From Parcubacteria group bacterium Gr01-1014_31 (GTDB lineage Bacteria; Patescibacteriota; Patescibacteriia; Buchananbacterales; GWA2-38-13), in the NCBI GenBank assembly GCA_007376135.1, contig VMFR01000001.1:77290-141289 (forward strand): DNA of 64,000 bases. Direction: 5' to 3'. The translations under genes were made by a program, and so were the position numbers. Under the pieces are notes generated by a model that did no database searches, was not told where the DNA came from, and saw only the letters and a list, made by a program, of their open reading frames with translations. The number at the start of each line of letters is the position of its first letter. Positions within the stretch are counted from its first letter, which is position 1. Of the stretch, positions 37,578 to 46,730 are shown one piece after another.

Positions 37578-38585
37578 ATGTTGATCAAGAAAATCGGCAT
37601 CGATCTTGGAACCACGAACACGCTCGTCTACGTCCCGCGGCGGGGTATTGTTATCAATGAACCCTCAGTGGTCGCGCTTTCGATTGCCGATAAAAAGATC
37701 CTGACGGTAGGGCAGGAGGCGAAGGAAATGCTGGGTCGTACGCCCGACACCATCGTCGCGGTGCGTCCGCTCAAGGACGGCGTGATTGCGGACTATAAAA
37801 TGACCGCGGCCATGATCCGTTACTTCGTGAACAAGGCCCTCGGCGGCGTTCACCTCTTCCGACCCGAGGTCATGGTTGCCGTCCCCGCCGGTATCACCTC
37901 GACGGAACGGCGCGCCGTCATCGATGCGACGCTGGCCGCCGGCGCCAAGGCGGCCTACATCATTAAGGAACCGATCGTCGCGGCCATCGGCGCCGATGTT
38001 CCCATCGGCAGCGCGTCCGGGCACATGATCATCGATATCGGCGGCGGTACCGCCGAGATGGCGATCCTGTCATTAGGCGGTATGGTCGCGAGCGCTTCGG
38101 TACGGATCGGCGGTAACAAATTCGACGCGGCCATCGTGGAATACATTCGCCGCAAGTACGGGCTGGCCATCGGTGAACGGACGGCGGAGCGCATCAAGAT
38201 CGATATCGGGTCGGCGATGTACCTGGAGGAACGGTTGAGCAAGGAGATCCGCGGCCGGGACATCATCACCGGATTACCGCGTTCCATCACGGTCACTTCC
38301 GATGACGTGACCGATGCCATTCAGGAAGAGTTGGAGGGCATCATCGCGTCGGCCAAAGAGGTGCTGCATCGTACTCCCCCGGAGTTGGCGGCCGATATCA
38401 TTGATAAGGGGATGATTCTGTCGGGCGGGTCATCGCAGTTGAGGAATCTTGATCAGCTGTTGTCTCGGGCGACCGGGGTTTCTGCCTATGTGGCGGATGA
38501 GCCGATGCTCTGCGTCGCAAAAGGGACCGGCATCGCGCTGGAAAATCTTGAGAGCTACAAGCGCAGCATTCTGGCCATGCGCTAA
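37578..38585 (+). CDS. mreB: rod shape-determining protein MreB, paralog 1
   Basis: 'IGIDLGTTNTLVYVPRRGIVINEPSVVA' and 'DIGGGTAEMAILSLGG' are actin-fold MreB motifs. Confidence 0.9.
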   Translation: MLIKKIGIDLGTTNTLVYVPRRGIVINEPSVVALSIADKKILTVGQEAKEMLGRTPDTIVAVRPLKDGVIADYKMTAAMIRYFVNKALGGVHLFRPEVMVAVPAGITSTERRAVIDATLAAGAKAAYIIKEPIVAAIGADVPIGSASGHMIIDIGGGTAEMAILSLGGMVASASVRIGGNKFDAAIVEYIRRKYGLAIGERTAERIKIDIGSAMYLEERLSKEIRGRDIITGLPRSITVTSDDVTDAIQEELEGIIASAKEVLHRTPPELAADIIDKGMILSGGSSQLRNLDQLLSRATGVSAYVADEPMLCVAKGTGIALENLESYKRSILAMR

Positions 38586-38654
38586 GACGTGCGGACGTCC
38601 GGGGGTATCGTCGAGCGGTTGTCGCCCGGGTTTGGGGCAGGTACACTGACTAGT

Positions 38655-39674
38655 ATGGAAAAATACACTCCCACCTGGCCGGTGATCGGGCACGCGACCG
38701 TCGTCGCAGCGCTTCGGCGTCACGTTATGAAGGGGAGTATCGGGCACGCCTATCTTCTGCACGGCCCGCGCCAGATCGGGAAAACCACCGTTGCAGAGCA
38801 ATTCGCGGCGGCGCTTTTGTGTTCGGTGCAGGAGCGGGCGATCGCTTGCGACGAATGCCAATCCTGCCGGCAACGAGCCGCTGGCGTCCATCCGGATTTC
38901 CATATCCTCCTGCCGACCGTCAACAGTGAAACGACCTTCGGCCGTCCCATCATCACCCTCGAGCAGGTTCGGCAATTGCAAGCGGCGCTGTCACATCGCC
39001 CAGTGCTGGCCCGGCGCCAGGTGGCCATCATTGTCGGCGGTGATTCCCTTCAGGATAAGGCGGCCAACGCTCTATTGAAAACGCTGGAGGAACCGAGCGG
39101 GAATACAGTGTTGGTGCTGACCTGCGACGCACTGGAACAACTCCCGCTGACCGTGCGTTCGCGGTGCCGCCAACTGCGGCTTTCGACGGTGGCGACCGCC
39201 GCGATCTTCGATGCGCTCCGCGCGGGCGGCAGTTCGCCCTCCGTTGCCCGGCAGATCGCAGCACTGTCAGCCGGACGACCCGGCCGGGCGCTGCAGTTCC
39301 TGCATTCCAGCGATCAGCGAGAAGCTTATGTCGCCGGGCTAAAAGATTTTGGGCGCCTGGCGTCGGGAACGTTGAGCGAACGCCTGGCCGCCGCGAACGC
39401 GCTGCAGCAGCGGCTGTCGGCCGCGGATGACGCCAGTTTAGCGGAGGGTTTGCGACAGCAGCTGGAATTGTGGCAAACCGCCGCCCGCGACCGCCTGCTG
39501 AACGCCGCCGGCTGTCCTCATTTGTGCCAGTGGACAGTTGAGGATACTGCCGGTTCGTCCCCCGCACAGTGGCGGTTCTTCCTTGACACCTTACGCGATG
39601 TCCGCGCCGCCTTGGGGCTCAATGCCAGCCCGCGGCTCGCCCTCGAGGTGCTGTTGCTTTCCCTGCCGCGTTGA
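38655..39674 (+). CDS. holB: DNA polymerase III delta' subunit
   Basis: 'HAYLLHGPRQIGKTTVAEQFAAALLC...CDECQSCRQRAAGVHPDF' gives the clamp-loader AAA+ Walker A and zinc module. Confidence 0.8.
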   Translation: MEKYTPTWPVIGHATVVAALRRHVMKGSIGHAYLLHGPRQIGKTTVAEQFAAALLCSVQERAIACDECQSCRQRAAGVHPDFHILLPTVNSETTFGRPIITLEQVRQLQAALSHRPVLARRQVAIIVGGDSLQDKAANALLKTLEEPSGNTVLVLTCDALEQLPLTVRSRCRQLRLSTVATAAIFDALRAGGSSPSVARQIAALSAGRPGRALQFLHSSDQREAYVAGLKDFGRLASGTLSERLAAANALQQRLSAADDASLAEGLRQQLELWQTAARDRLLNAAGCPHLCQWTVEDTAGSSPAQWRFFLDTLRDVRAALGLNASPRLALEVLLLSLPR

Positions 39675-39705
39675 CGCGGTAGCCTTGCCATTGTACGTTT
39701 GCAGT

Positions 39706-40767
39706 ATGCTATATCGAAGCCCCCGGGTATTGATGGTCGGTTTTATTTCCTTGGTACTTTCAGGCTGCGTCGGGTTGGGTTCAAAACCGAAAGTACCTCC
39801 GGATGCCGGCGTGTGGCGCTCTCCATCCCAGGGCGAGCAGTGGGAATCGCGGCAGCGCTTGGTCACCAGGGGCGGGGTCCTTTCTCTTTCCAATGTCGGC
39901 GTGGAGGATCTTTTCTCCGATCCTCAGGATGCGCGCGCGATGTATTTGACCGTCGTCGGCGGCGGTTTGGTCTACACCTACGATGCGGGGGAGACCTGGC
40001 AGCAGGTGGCGGAGGTGGGCAATACGGCGGTCAGCGACGTCGCCATCGATCCCCGGCATACCTGTACCGCGTACCTCGGCGTGAGCAACCGTGCCCTGAA
40101 AACGGTTGACTGCAACCGGAATTATCGGGAGATCTATCTGGATCCGCGCCCGAATGCGGTCAGTGCGATTGCCGTGGACGGGGTGAATTCGGAGGTTATT
40201 TACCTCGGGACGTCCGGCGGCGATCTGCTGCGCAGCGTCAACGGCGGGGGGAGCTGGTCGCGAGTCTACCAATTCGCGAGTGGGGTGCAGTGGTTGCGTT
40301 TTGATCCCTACGTGCCGTCTCGAGCCTACGCTCTAACCTCCAGCAACGGGCTGTTCCGCAGCGTCGATGGCGCGTTGAGCTGGCAGAGCTTGGCGAACGG
40401 CCTGAAACCCTATTCCAAGGGCCAGGAGATCCGCAGCCTTCAATTCGTGAAGGATCAGGAAAATACTCTGTTCCTGTTGAACCGTTATGGCCTGTTGCGT
40501 AGTAACGACGGGGGCGATACCTGGCATCCGTTACCCCTGATCACACCACCGTTGAGCGCCAAGATCCTGGCGTTCGCGGTCAACCCCGTGAACAGCAAGG
40601 AAGTCTTCTACGCGACCGCCTCGACGTTCTATTTGTCCGCCGACGGCGGCGTCAACTGGGTGACCAAACGGCTACCCGGCCGCGCGGCCGTTCCGGCAGT
40701 CATGGCCATTCATCCGTTGCAACCCGGAACGCTTTATCTCGGGTTGTCTTTACCGCCGAAGAAATAG
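39706..40767 (+). CDS. BNR/Asp-box repeat beta-propeller lipoprotein (Ycf48-like)
   Basis: Lipobox 'LSGC'. Repeated SxDxGxTW motifs ('YDAGETW', 'SVNGGGSW', 'SVDGALSW', 'SNDGGDTW', 'SADGGVNW'). Confidence 0.65.
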   Translation: MLYRSPRVLMVGFISLVLSGCVGLGSKPKVPPDAGVWRSPSQGEQWESRQRLVTRGGVLSLSNVGVEDLFSDPQDARAMYLTVVGGGLVYTYDAGETWQQVAEVGNTAVSDVAIDPRHTCTAYLGVSNRALKTVDCNRNYREIYLDPRPNAVSAIAVDGVNSEVIYLGTSGGDLLRSVNGGGSWSRVYQFASGVQWLRFDPYVPSRAYALTSSNGLFRSVDGALSWQSLANGLKPYSKGQEIRSLQFVKDQENTLFLLNRYGLLRSNDGGDTWHPLPLITPPLSAKILAFAVNPVNSKEVFYATASTFYLSADGGVNWVTKRLPGRAAVPAVMAIHPLQPGTLYLGLSLPPKK

Positions 40768-40791
40768 GGTCGGCGCCAGTCCACCTTTTCT

Positions 40792-41349
40792 ATGCAGCAC
40801 CCTCTCGTAGAACAACACCGCCCGGAGTTTGATGCCGTTATTGAAGCCGCTAAGGCGGAGCTTGGCGCCATTCGTACGGGCCGGGCCAATCCGATGATGG
40901 TCGAGCATGTCCAGGTTGAAGCGTACGGCGCGCGTACGCCGCTCAAACAATTGGCCTCGGTGACCGTGCCGGAACCGTCGTGCGTACTGATCGAACCGTG
41001 GGATAAGGGTATTGTCAAGGACGTCGAGCGCGCGCTGGTGGAGGCGCGGCTCGGGCTGACACCCTCCAACGAAGGCAATGTCATTCGACTCCGCGTGCCG
41101 CCGCTGACCTCTGAAACCCGCGCCGAACTGGTTCGGGTCGTTTCCGGCAAGGCGGAGCAGCTGAAAACCCGCCTGCGCGGCATTCGCGATGCGGTGCGCG
41201 AAGCGGTCGGCAAGGCGGAGAAGGCCAAAGAGATCACCCAGGACGACCGTTACCAGATATTCGAGGCCGTCGATAAACTGACCAAGGAGTATACCGAGAA
41301 GCTGAAGGGCATGGGTGACCGTAAGACGGACGAGATCAATACGATCTAG
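40792..41349 (+). CDS. frr: ribosome recycling factor
   Basis: 'GAIRTGRANPMMVEHVQVEAYGARTPLKQLASVTVPE' and 'RVPPLTSETRAELVR' are canonical RRF. Confidence 0.9.
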   Translation: MQHPLVEQHRPEFDAVIEAAKAELGAIRTGRANPMMVEHVQVEAYGARTPLKQLASVTVPEPSCVLIEPWDKGIVKDVERALVEARLGLTPSNEGNVIRLRVPPLTSETRAELVRVVSGKAEQLKTRLRGIRDAVREAVGKAEKAKEITQDDRYQIFEAVDKLTKEYTEKLKGMGDRKTDEINTI

Positions 41350-41369
41350 GCGAACGCGGCCAAGTTGGG

Positions 41370-41395
41370 TATTTCACGGGTTAACCCGTGAAATA
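41370..41395. repeat. 26-nt perfect palindrome TATTTCACGGGTTAACCCGTGAAATA
   Basis: Perfect inverted repeat (13-bp arms) between the frr stop and the rseP promoter-like TGGACA-N17-TACAAC. Confidence 0.8.
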
Positions 41396-41463
41396 TTGTA
41401 TCTGGACAAGCCGCATAAAAAGTGGTACAACTTACACGTTATTTGCTTGTTCGCGAACACGCT

Positions 41464-42609
41464 ATGCTGCTGACAATTTTTTCCTTTTTGGCGGTTTTGG
41501 GAGTGTTGGTCCTGGTCCATGAGTTGGGCCATTTTTTCGCGGCGCGCCAGGCGGGTGTTAAGGTTGAAGAATTCGGGGTCGGATTCCCGCCGCGGGCGCT
41601 GGGCGTCTACCGTGACCCGCAGACCAAGCGGTGGGTGACCGTCGGGCCGAAGCGGCGCCAAGCGCCCGCCACCATCTATTCGTTCAACTGGTTCCCGCTC
41701 GGCGGGTTCGTGCGCATCAAGGGGGAGCAGGGCGAGGAGGCGTCGGACGCCGATAGTTTTGCTCACCAGGGTATCGGGCGCCGCGTGTGGATCATCTCGG
41801 CCGGCGTTACCATGAACGTCGTCGCGGCTTTCGTGCTGCTCAGTATCGGCTTTGCCATTGGGTTGCCACAGGTGCTTGGTGACCGCTTGCCGTACGGCGC
41901 CAAGGTTGTTAGCACGAGCGTGCAGATCGTTGAAGTCCGCGCCGGTTTGCCAGCCGCCGAACAGGGGCTGCAAATAGGGGACACGCTGGTATCATTGGAC
42001 GGCAACCCGGTGACGACCCTGGAAGGCGTGCAGGCGTACGTTGATGCCAAGGTGAATACCCCGGTGACCGTGCGGGTGCGCCGTGGGAACGAGGTGGTGA
42101 CAAAAATGATGACGCCGCAATTACTCGCCGAGACCGGACGCGGCGGTATCGGCGTACAACTGGTCTCCACCGGCATTGTTCGGTTTCCGCTCCCGGTGGC
42201 GGTCTGGCAGGGCGCGAAATCCACTGCTGGCTTGATCGTGGAGATTCTGCGGGCCTTCGGAGGTATCCTGACTCGTCTGGTGCAACGCCAGCCGGTCGAT
42301 GTGGAGTTGAGTGGTCCGGTCGGTATTGCGGTCTTATCGGGGCAGGTCGTGCGCATGGGGATCCGGTATCTGCTGCAGTTTACGGCCCTGCTGTCCCTCA
42401 ACTTGGCGATTATCAATTTCCTTCCTTTCCCCGCGCTTGATGGCGGGCGAGTATTGTTCCTCATGGTAGAGCGCTTCCGCGGGCGCGCCGTCTCCGCGAA
42501 ATTGGAGGCGATCGCCCACAACGTCGGATTCGCCTTGTTGATGCTGTTGGTGCTGTTCATCACGTACCGCGATATTTATAAGCTGGTCGCGGGCGCTGCC
42601 GCACCCTAA
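41464..42609 (+). CDS. rseP: RIP zinc metalloprotease RseP (site-2 protease)
   Basis: 'VLVHELGHFFAARQAGV' (HExxH) within the first TM, a PDZ domain, and 'LNLAIINFLPFPALDGG'. Confidence 0.85.
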   Translation: MLLTIFSFLAVLGVLVLVHELGHFFAARQAGVKVEEFGVGFPPRALGVYRDPQTKRWVTVGPKRRQAPATIYSFNWFPLGGFVRIKGEQGEEASDADSFAHQGIGRRVWIISAGVTMNVVAAFVLLSIGFAIGLPQVLGDRLPYGAKVVSTSVQIVEVRAGLPAAEQGLQIGDTLVSLDGNPVTTLEGVQAYVDAKVNTPVTVRVRRGNEVVTKMMTPQLLAETGRGGIGVQLVSTGIVRFPLPVAVWQGAKSTAGLIVEILRAFGGILTRLVQRQPVDVELSGPVGIAVLSGQVVRMGIRYLLQFTALLSLNLAIINFLPFPALDGGRVLFLMVERFRGRAVSAKLEAIAHNVGFALLMLLVLFITYRDIYKLVAGAAAP

Positions 42610-42622
42610 CTCTTCGCTGGCC

Positions 42623-42994
42623 ATGCGGATACCGTTGCCGACCGACCATCCGCTCAACCTGCGCGATTTTTTGATGCGGTGCGGCTATTCCAGCCACTTC
42701 AACCCGCTCAGCAACCGCTTGAGTTTCATGCGCCGGTTCAGCGGCGGCTTGTATCCGCGCTTTCATTTATATATTGAGAAAGATGTCGACGGGAAGACCT
42801 ATTTCAATCTGCACCTTGATCAAAAACAGCCCAGTTATCCAAACGCGCATGCCCACAACGCTGAATATGACGGGGCGTTAGTCGTCCGCGAAGGTGAGCG
42901 GCTCTATCAGCAGCTGCAGACCGCGTCGCTGCCGCAGCCGGCACCGGTCAGCCCGAAACGTTCGTGGTGGCCATGGGGGCGTTCCGCTGAATAA
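42623..42994 (+). CDS. hypothetical protein
   Basis: 123-aa ORF in a compact operon. No recognisable motif. Confidence 0.35.
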   Translation: MRIPLPTDHPLNLRDFLMRCGYSSHFNPLSNRLSFMRRFSGGLYPRFHLYIEKDVDGKTYFNLHLDQKQPSYPNAHAHNAEYDGALVVREGERLYQQLQTASLPQPAPVSPKRSWWPWGRSAE

Positions 42995-43008
42995 TTATTT
43001 CTCCGCGT

Positions 43009-44250
43009 ATGCGTCAAAGCCAGATGTTTACGAAAACCGACCGCGAACCTCCTGCCGATGAGCCCAGCATCAACGCCCGGCTCCTCCAGCAGGCGGGGTA
43101 CACGGATAAGCTTGCTGCCGGTATTTACACCTACTTGCCGCTGGGGCTGCGCGTGTTACAGCGTATTCAGCAGATTGTGCGCGAGGAGATGCTGTCCGTC
43201 GGCGCCCAGGAACTCCTGATGCCCGCACTCCATCCGCGCGAGCCGTGGGCGACTACCGGTCGTTGGCAGGACCCGGGGCCGGCCGTGATGTTCCAATTTG
43301 AAGCTCACGGCGGTCAGGCCTATGGGTTGGGTTGGACCCATGAGGAGATCATCACGCCGTTGGCGCGCCGATTTATCCATTCCTATCGCGATCTGCCGGT
43401 GGCGGTATTCCAGATTCAGGATAAATTCCGCAACGAGCCGCGGGCGAAATCGGGGTTGCTGCGCGGGCGTGAATTTTCCATGAAGGACATGTATAGCTTC
43501 CACCGGGATGCCGCTGATCTCGACGAATTCTACCAGCGGGCCATCAGCGCGTACCGGCGGGTCTTCGAACGCTGCGCCATCTCCGCCGTGTTGACGGAAG
43601 CATCGGGCGGCGCGTTTGCGAAGTATTCCCACGAATTCCAGGTCGTTACGCCGTACGGCGAGGATATCATTTTCCGCTGCTGCGGCTGCGGCTACGCCCA
43701 GAACCGTGAGGTCAGCCAGTACGCCGCCGGCGACCCCTGCCCGAAATGCGAAAAGACCTTCGTCGAGGAGAAGGCCATCGAGGTCGGGAATATCTTCCGG
43801 CTGGGGACGCGCTTTTCCGACGCCTTCCACTTGACCTATCTGGACGAGCGGGGCCAGACGGTCCCGGTCGTCATGGGTTGCTACGGGATTGGGCCCAGTC
43901 GCGTCATGGGCGCGATCGCCGAGATTCACCACGATGAGCATGGACTGCGCTGGCCCTCGAGCGTCGCGCCCTTTGATGTCCATCTTGTCGCGCTGGGCAA
44001 GGACCAGGCGGTCATGGACCGCGCCGAGGCCGTCTACCAAAAACTGACGGATAGTGGCGTTGCGGCGCTCTACGATGACCGGCAGGGGACGACGGCGGGC
44101 GAAAAATTCCATGATGCCGATCTGCTGGGCATCCCCTGGCGGGCGGTGGTGTCCGCAAAGAGCGGGATGGCGGTCGAGTTGAAGGCCCGCGGCTCGAAAA
44201 CCGCGGAGCTGCTGCCGCTGGATAAGCTGGTCGCAAAAATTCGCGCCTGA
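43009..44250 (+). CDS. proS: proline--tRNA ligase (short form without INS editing domain)
   Basis: Class II aaRS motifs 'FRNEPRAKSGLLRGREFSMKDMYSF' and 'GCYGIGPSRV'. 413 aa. Confidence 0.9.
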   Translation: MRQSQMFTKTDREPPADEPSINARLLQQAGYTDKLAAGIYTYLPLGLRVLQRIQQIVREEMLSVGAQELLMPALHPREPWATTGRWQDPGPAVMFQFEAHGGQAYGLGWTHEEIITPLARRFIHSYRDLPVAVFQIQDKFRNEPRAKSGLLRGREFSMKDMYSFHRDAADLDEFYQRAISAYRRVFERCAISAVLTEASGGAFAKYSHEFQVVTPYGEDIIFRCCGCGYAQNREVSQYAAGDPCPKCEKTFVEEKAIEVGNIFRLGTRFSDAFHLTYLDERGQTVPVVMGCYGIGPSRVMGAIAEIHHDEHGLRWPSSVAPFDVHLVALGKDQAVMDRAEAVYQKLTDSGVAALYDDRQGTTAGEKFHDADLLGIPWRAVVSAKSGMAVELKARGSKTAELLPLDKLVAKIRA

Positions 44251-44252
44251 CT

Positions 44253-45308
44253 ATGTTCGATCGCTGGTTTAAAAAGACTTCCCACGACATTGGGATTGAT
44301 CTGGGTACGAGCAACACCCTCGTGTTCATTCAGGATCGCGGCGTGGTCATCAACGAAGCGTCGGTCGTGGCCGTGAACACGCGTGCGGGGCAGATCCTGG
44401 CCGTGGGTCGCGAGGCGCTCAAGATGCAGGGGAAGACCCCCGCTCATTTACAGGTGATACAGCCGCTGGTGGACGGGGTCATCTCCGATTTCGAGGTGGC
44501 GGAAAAGATGTTGAAATATTTTTTTGACCGGGTCCACCGCGAACACCGGATGCTGACCCCGCGGCCGCGGGTGGTCATTGGGATCCCGCTGGATGTCACC
44601 GAGGTGGAGAAGAAGGCGGTTGAGGACGCCGTGATGTCGGCTGGCGCCCGCGAGGTGCATTTGGTGCAAACGATCGTCGCGGCTGCGGTCGGCGCGCGCC
44701 TTCCTATCCAGGATGCCTCGGGCAATATGCTGGTCGATTGCGGCGGCGGGGTCACCCAGGTGGCGGTGATCTCGCTCTCGGGCGTGGTGGCGTCCAAATC
44801 ATTGCGGGTTGCCGGCAGCGAAGTGGACGTCGACATCATGAATTATGCCCGCCACGAATTCAACCTTTTGGTCGGGGAACGGGTCGCCGAAGAAGCGAAG
44901 TTGTATATCAGTCGGAGCAAGGAGGGCGCGCCGTTGCCGACGGTAAAGCTGCGCGGACGCGATTTGTTGACCGGGTTGCCGCGTGAGATCGGCCTGAGCG
45001 GCGAGCAGATGGTCAGCGCGTTGCGCCGGTCGCTCAAGAGCATCGTCGACGGCATCAAGTCGACGTTGGAGGTCACGCCGCCGGAACTCGTGGCTGATAT
45101 TTACCAACGCGGCATTACGTTAGTGGGCGGCGGCGCGAGCCTACTGGGATTGCGCGAGGCGATCGTCGAGGCGACCAAAATGAAGGTCATTGTGGTCGAT
45201 GATCCAATGACGTGCGCGGTACGGGGTATGGGATTATTACTCGAAGATGCCGCGCTCTTACGGGAGATCTCCATTCCATCGTCGCAGAACGACGACATCG
45301 TGCGCTAG
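44253..45308 (+). CDS. mreB: rod shape-determining protein MreB, paralog 2
   Basis: 'IGIDLGTSNTLVFIQDRGVVINEASVVAV' and 'DCGGGVTQVAVISLSG'. Followed by mreC and mreD. Confidence 0.9.
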   Translation: MFDRWFKKTSHDIGIDLGTSNTLVFIQDRGVVINEASVVAVNTRAGQILAVGREALKMQGKTPAHLQVIQPLVDGVISDFEVAEKMLKYFFDRVHREHRMLTPRPRVVIGIPLDVTEVEKKAVEDAVMSAGAREVHLVQTIVAAAVGARLPIQDASGNMLVDCGGGVTQVAVISLSGVVASKSLRVAGSEVDVDIMNYARHEFNLLVGERVAEEAKLYISRSKEGAPLPTVKLRGRDLLTGLPREIGLSGEQMVSALRRSLKSIVDGIKSTLEVTPPELVADIYQRGITLVGGGASLLGLREAIVEATKMKVIVVDDPMTCAVRGMGLLLEDAALLREISIPSSQNDDIVR

Positions 45309-45350
45309 GCCGCACGGTACCGTGCGGCCGGTGCTCGGAGGACACCATGT

Positions 45351-46163
45351 ATGCGACCATCACTGCGTACCCGCCTGTTGAACCCCTGGGTTGTGGCGAG
45401 TCTGGCGGTCGCGTTGGTCGTCGGTCTGCACCAGCTCGGCTGGCTTTCGCCCCTTGAGGGCGTTTCAGCGATTGCCGTCCGCCCGCTGCAAAGATTGTTT
45501 GTGGCTGTCGGTACGACGATCAATGACGGGCTGGGCCAGGGGCGCAACGTAAAGGCGTTGGCAGAAGAAAATGACCAGTTGCGCGCCCAGCTCCAACGGC
45601 TCGCGGTGGAGAATCAGCGTCTGCAGCAGCAGGTCAGCGAGTTAGTGCTGCTCCAGGAGCAGGCGGAGTTTTTACGTCAGCGCGAGTTGCCGGCGGTGAA
45701 CGCACGGGTCATCGGCCGCGATTTGTCGTCGGAGGCGCAGGTTTTGATTTTGGATCGCGGTCGTCACGCCGGCATCAAAGTCGGGTTGCCAGTCATCGCG
45801 AATGACGGCGTGCTCATCGGGCGCGTGGCGGAGGTGGGTGAGCAGTTGACGAAGGTGATGCTTTTGACCGACGGCCGCAGTGTTACTCCGGCGGCGATCG
45901 ACGGGGCGGAGAACGCCCAGGGGGTCGTGAGCGGCGAGTTCGGGGTTAGTCTGAAGCTCGATCTCGTGCCCAAGGACGTGGCCCTCCACCCGGGTGATAT
46001 CGTGGTAACCTCCGGTCTTGAACTCGAGATTCCGCGTGGGCTGGTCATCGGAACCGTCAGCCGAGTGGAGAGCGGCGGGTCGACATTTTTTCACGTTGCC
46101 TATTTGCAGCCGCTCGTTCCGTATCAATCCCTGCGCGTCGCGGCGATCCTCTTGCCGCGGTAA
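45351..46163 (+). CDS. mreC: rod shape-determining protein MreC
   Basis: N-terminal TM, coiled coil 'LRAQLQRLAVENQRLQQQVSEL', C-terminal beta domains. Position after mreB. Confidence 0.8.
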   Translation: MRPSLRTRLLNPWVVASLAVALVVGLHQLGWLSPLEGVSAIAVRPLQRLFVAVGTTINDGLGQGRNVKALAEENDQLRAQLQRLAVENQRLQQQVSELVLLQEQAEFLRQRELPAVNARVIGRDLSSEAQVLILDRGRHAGIKVGLPVIANDGVLIGRVAEVGEQLTKVMLLTDGRSVTPAAIDGAENAQGVVSGEFGVSLKLDLVPKDVALHPGDIVVTSGLELEIPRGLVIGTVSRVESGGSTFFHVAYLQPLVPYQSLRVAAILLPR

Positions 46164-46172
46164 TGGCAGTTT

Positions 46173-46730
46173 ATGAACGCTCTTTCGATCCCCGTCGGAC
46201 GGTGGTTACCGTGGGTGATTCGCGCCGTGCTGGCCGTTGCTTTGGTCGCGCTCCAGGTGAGCTTGCTGCCCTCGCTGCCTTTTGCTTGGATCGCGCGGAT
46301 GAACCTGCTGGTCGTCTTGACGGTGTATATTGCGGCGACCGCCGGAGCGCGACGCGCTTTGGCGATCGGCATTGCCAGCGGGTTTTTCTATGACCTCTAT
46401 CGTCCGAGCGCCTTTGGCGTCCATGCAATCAGCCTGATGGCGGCAGTCGCGGCCGTGGATATCGCGGCACGGCGGTTGGTCACCAACCGGACGCTGCCAG
46501 CCTTGCTGGCACTGGGGATGATCGCGAGCGTTGCCGCGTTGGCCGCCGTTTGGCTGGGTACCTGGGTATCGACTGCCGCCGGTTTGAGCGCCTGGCCCTG
46601 GTCGGTTGCCACCTGGCGATGGTGGATCGAGGGAATGTACGGTATCGCCGGACAGCTGATCGTACTGGCCGTGGTATTCGCCACCAAACGAGGCGGGGTT
46701 TGGGCCAGCGGGAGTTCGTACGACCTATGA
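46173..46730 (+). CDS. mreD: rod shape-determining protein MreD
   Basis: Small polytopic membrane protein following mreC. Confidence 0.65.
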   Translation: MNALSIPVGRWLPWVIRAVLAVALVALQVSLLPSLPFAWIARMNLLVVLTVYIAATAGARRALAIGIASGFFYDLYRPSAFGVHAISLMAAVAAVDIAARRLVTNRTLPALLALGMIASVAALAAVWLGTWVSTAAGLSAWPWSVATWRWWIEGMYGIAGQLIVLAVVFATKRGGVWASGSSYDL

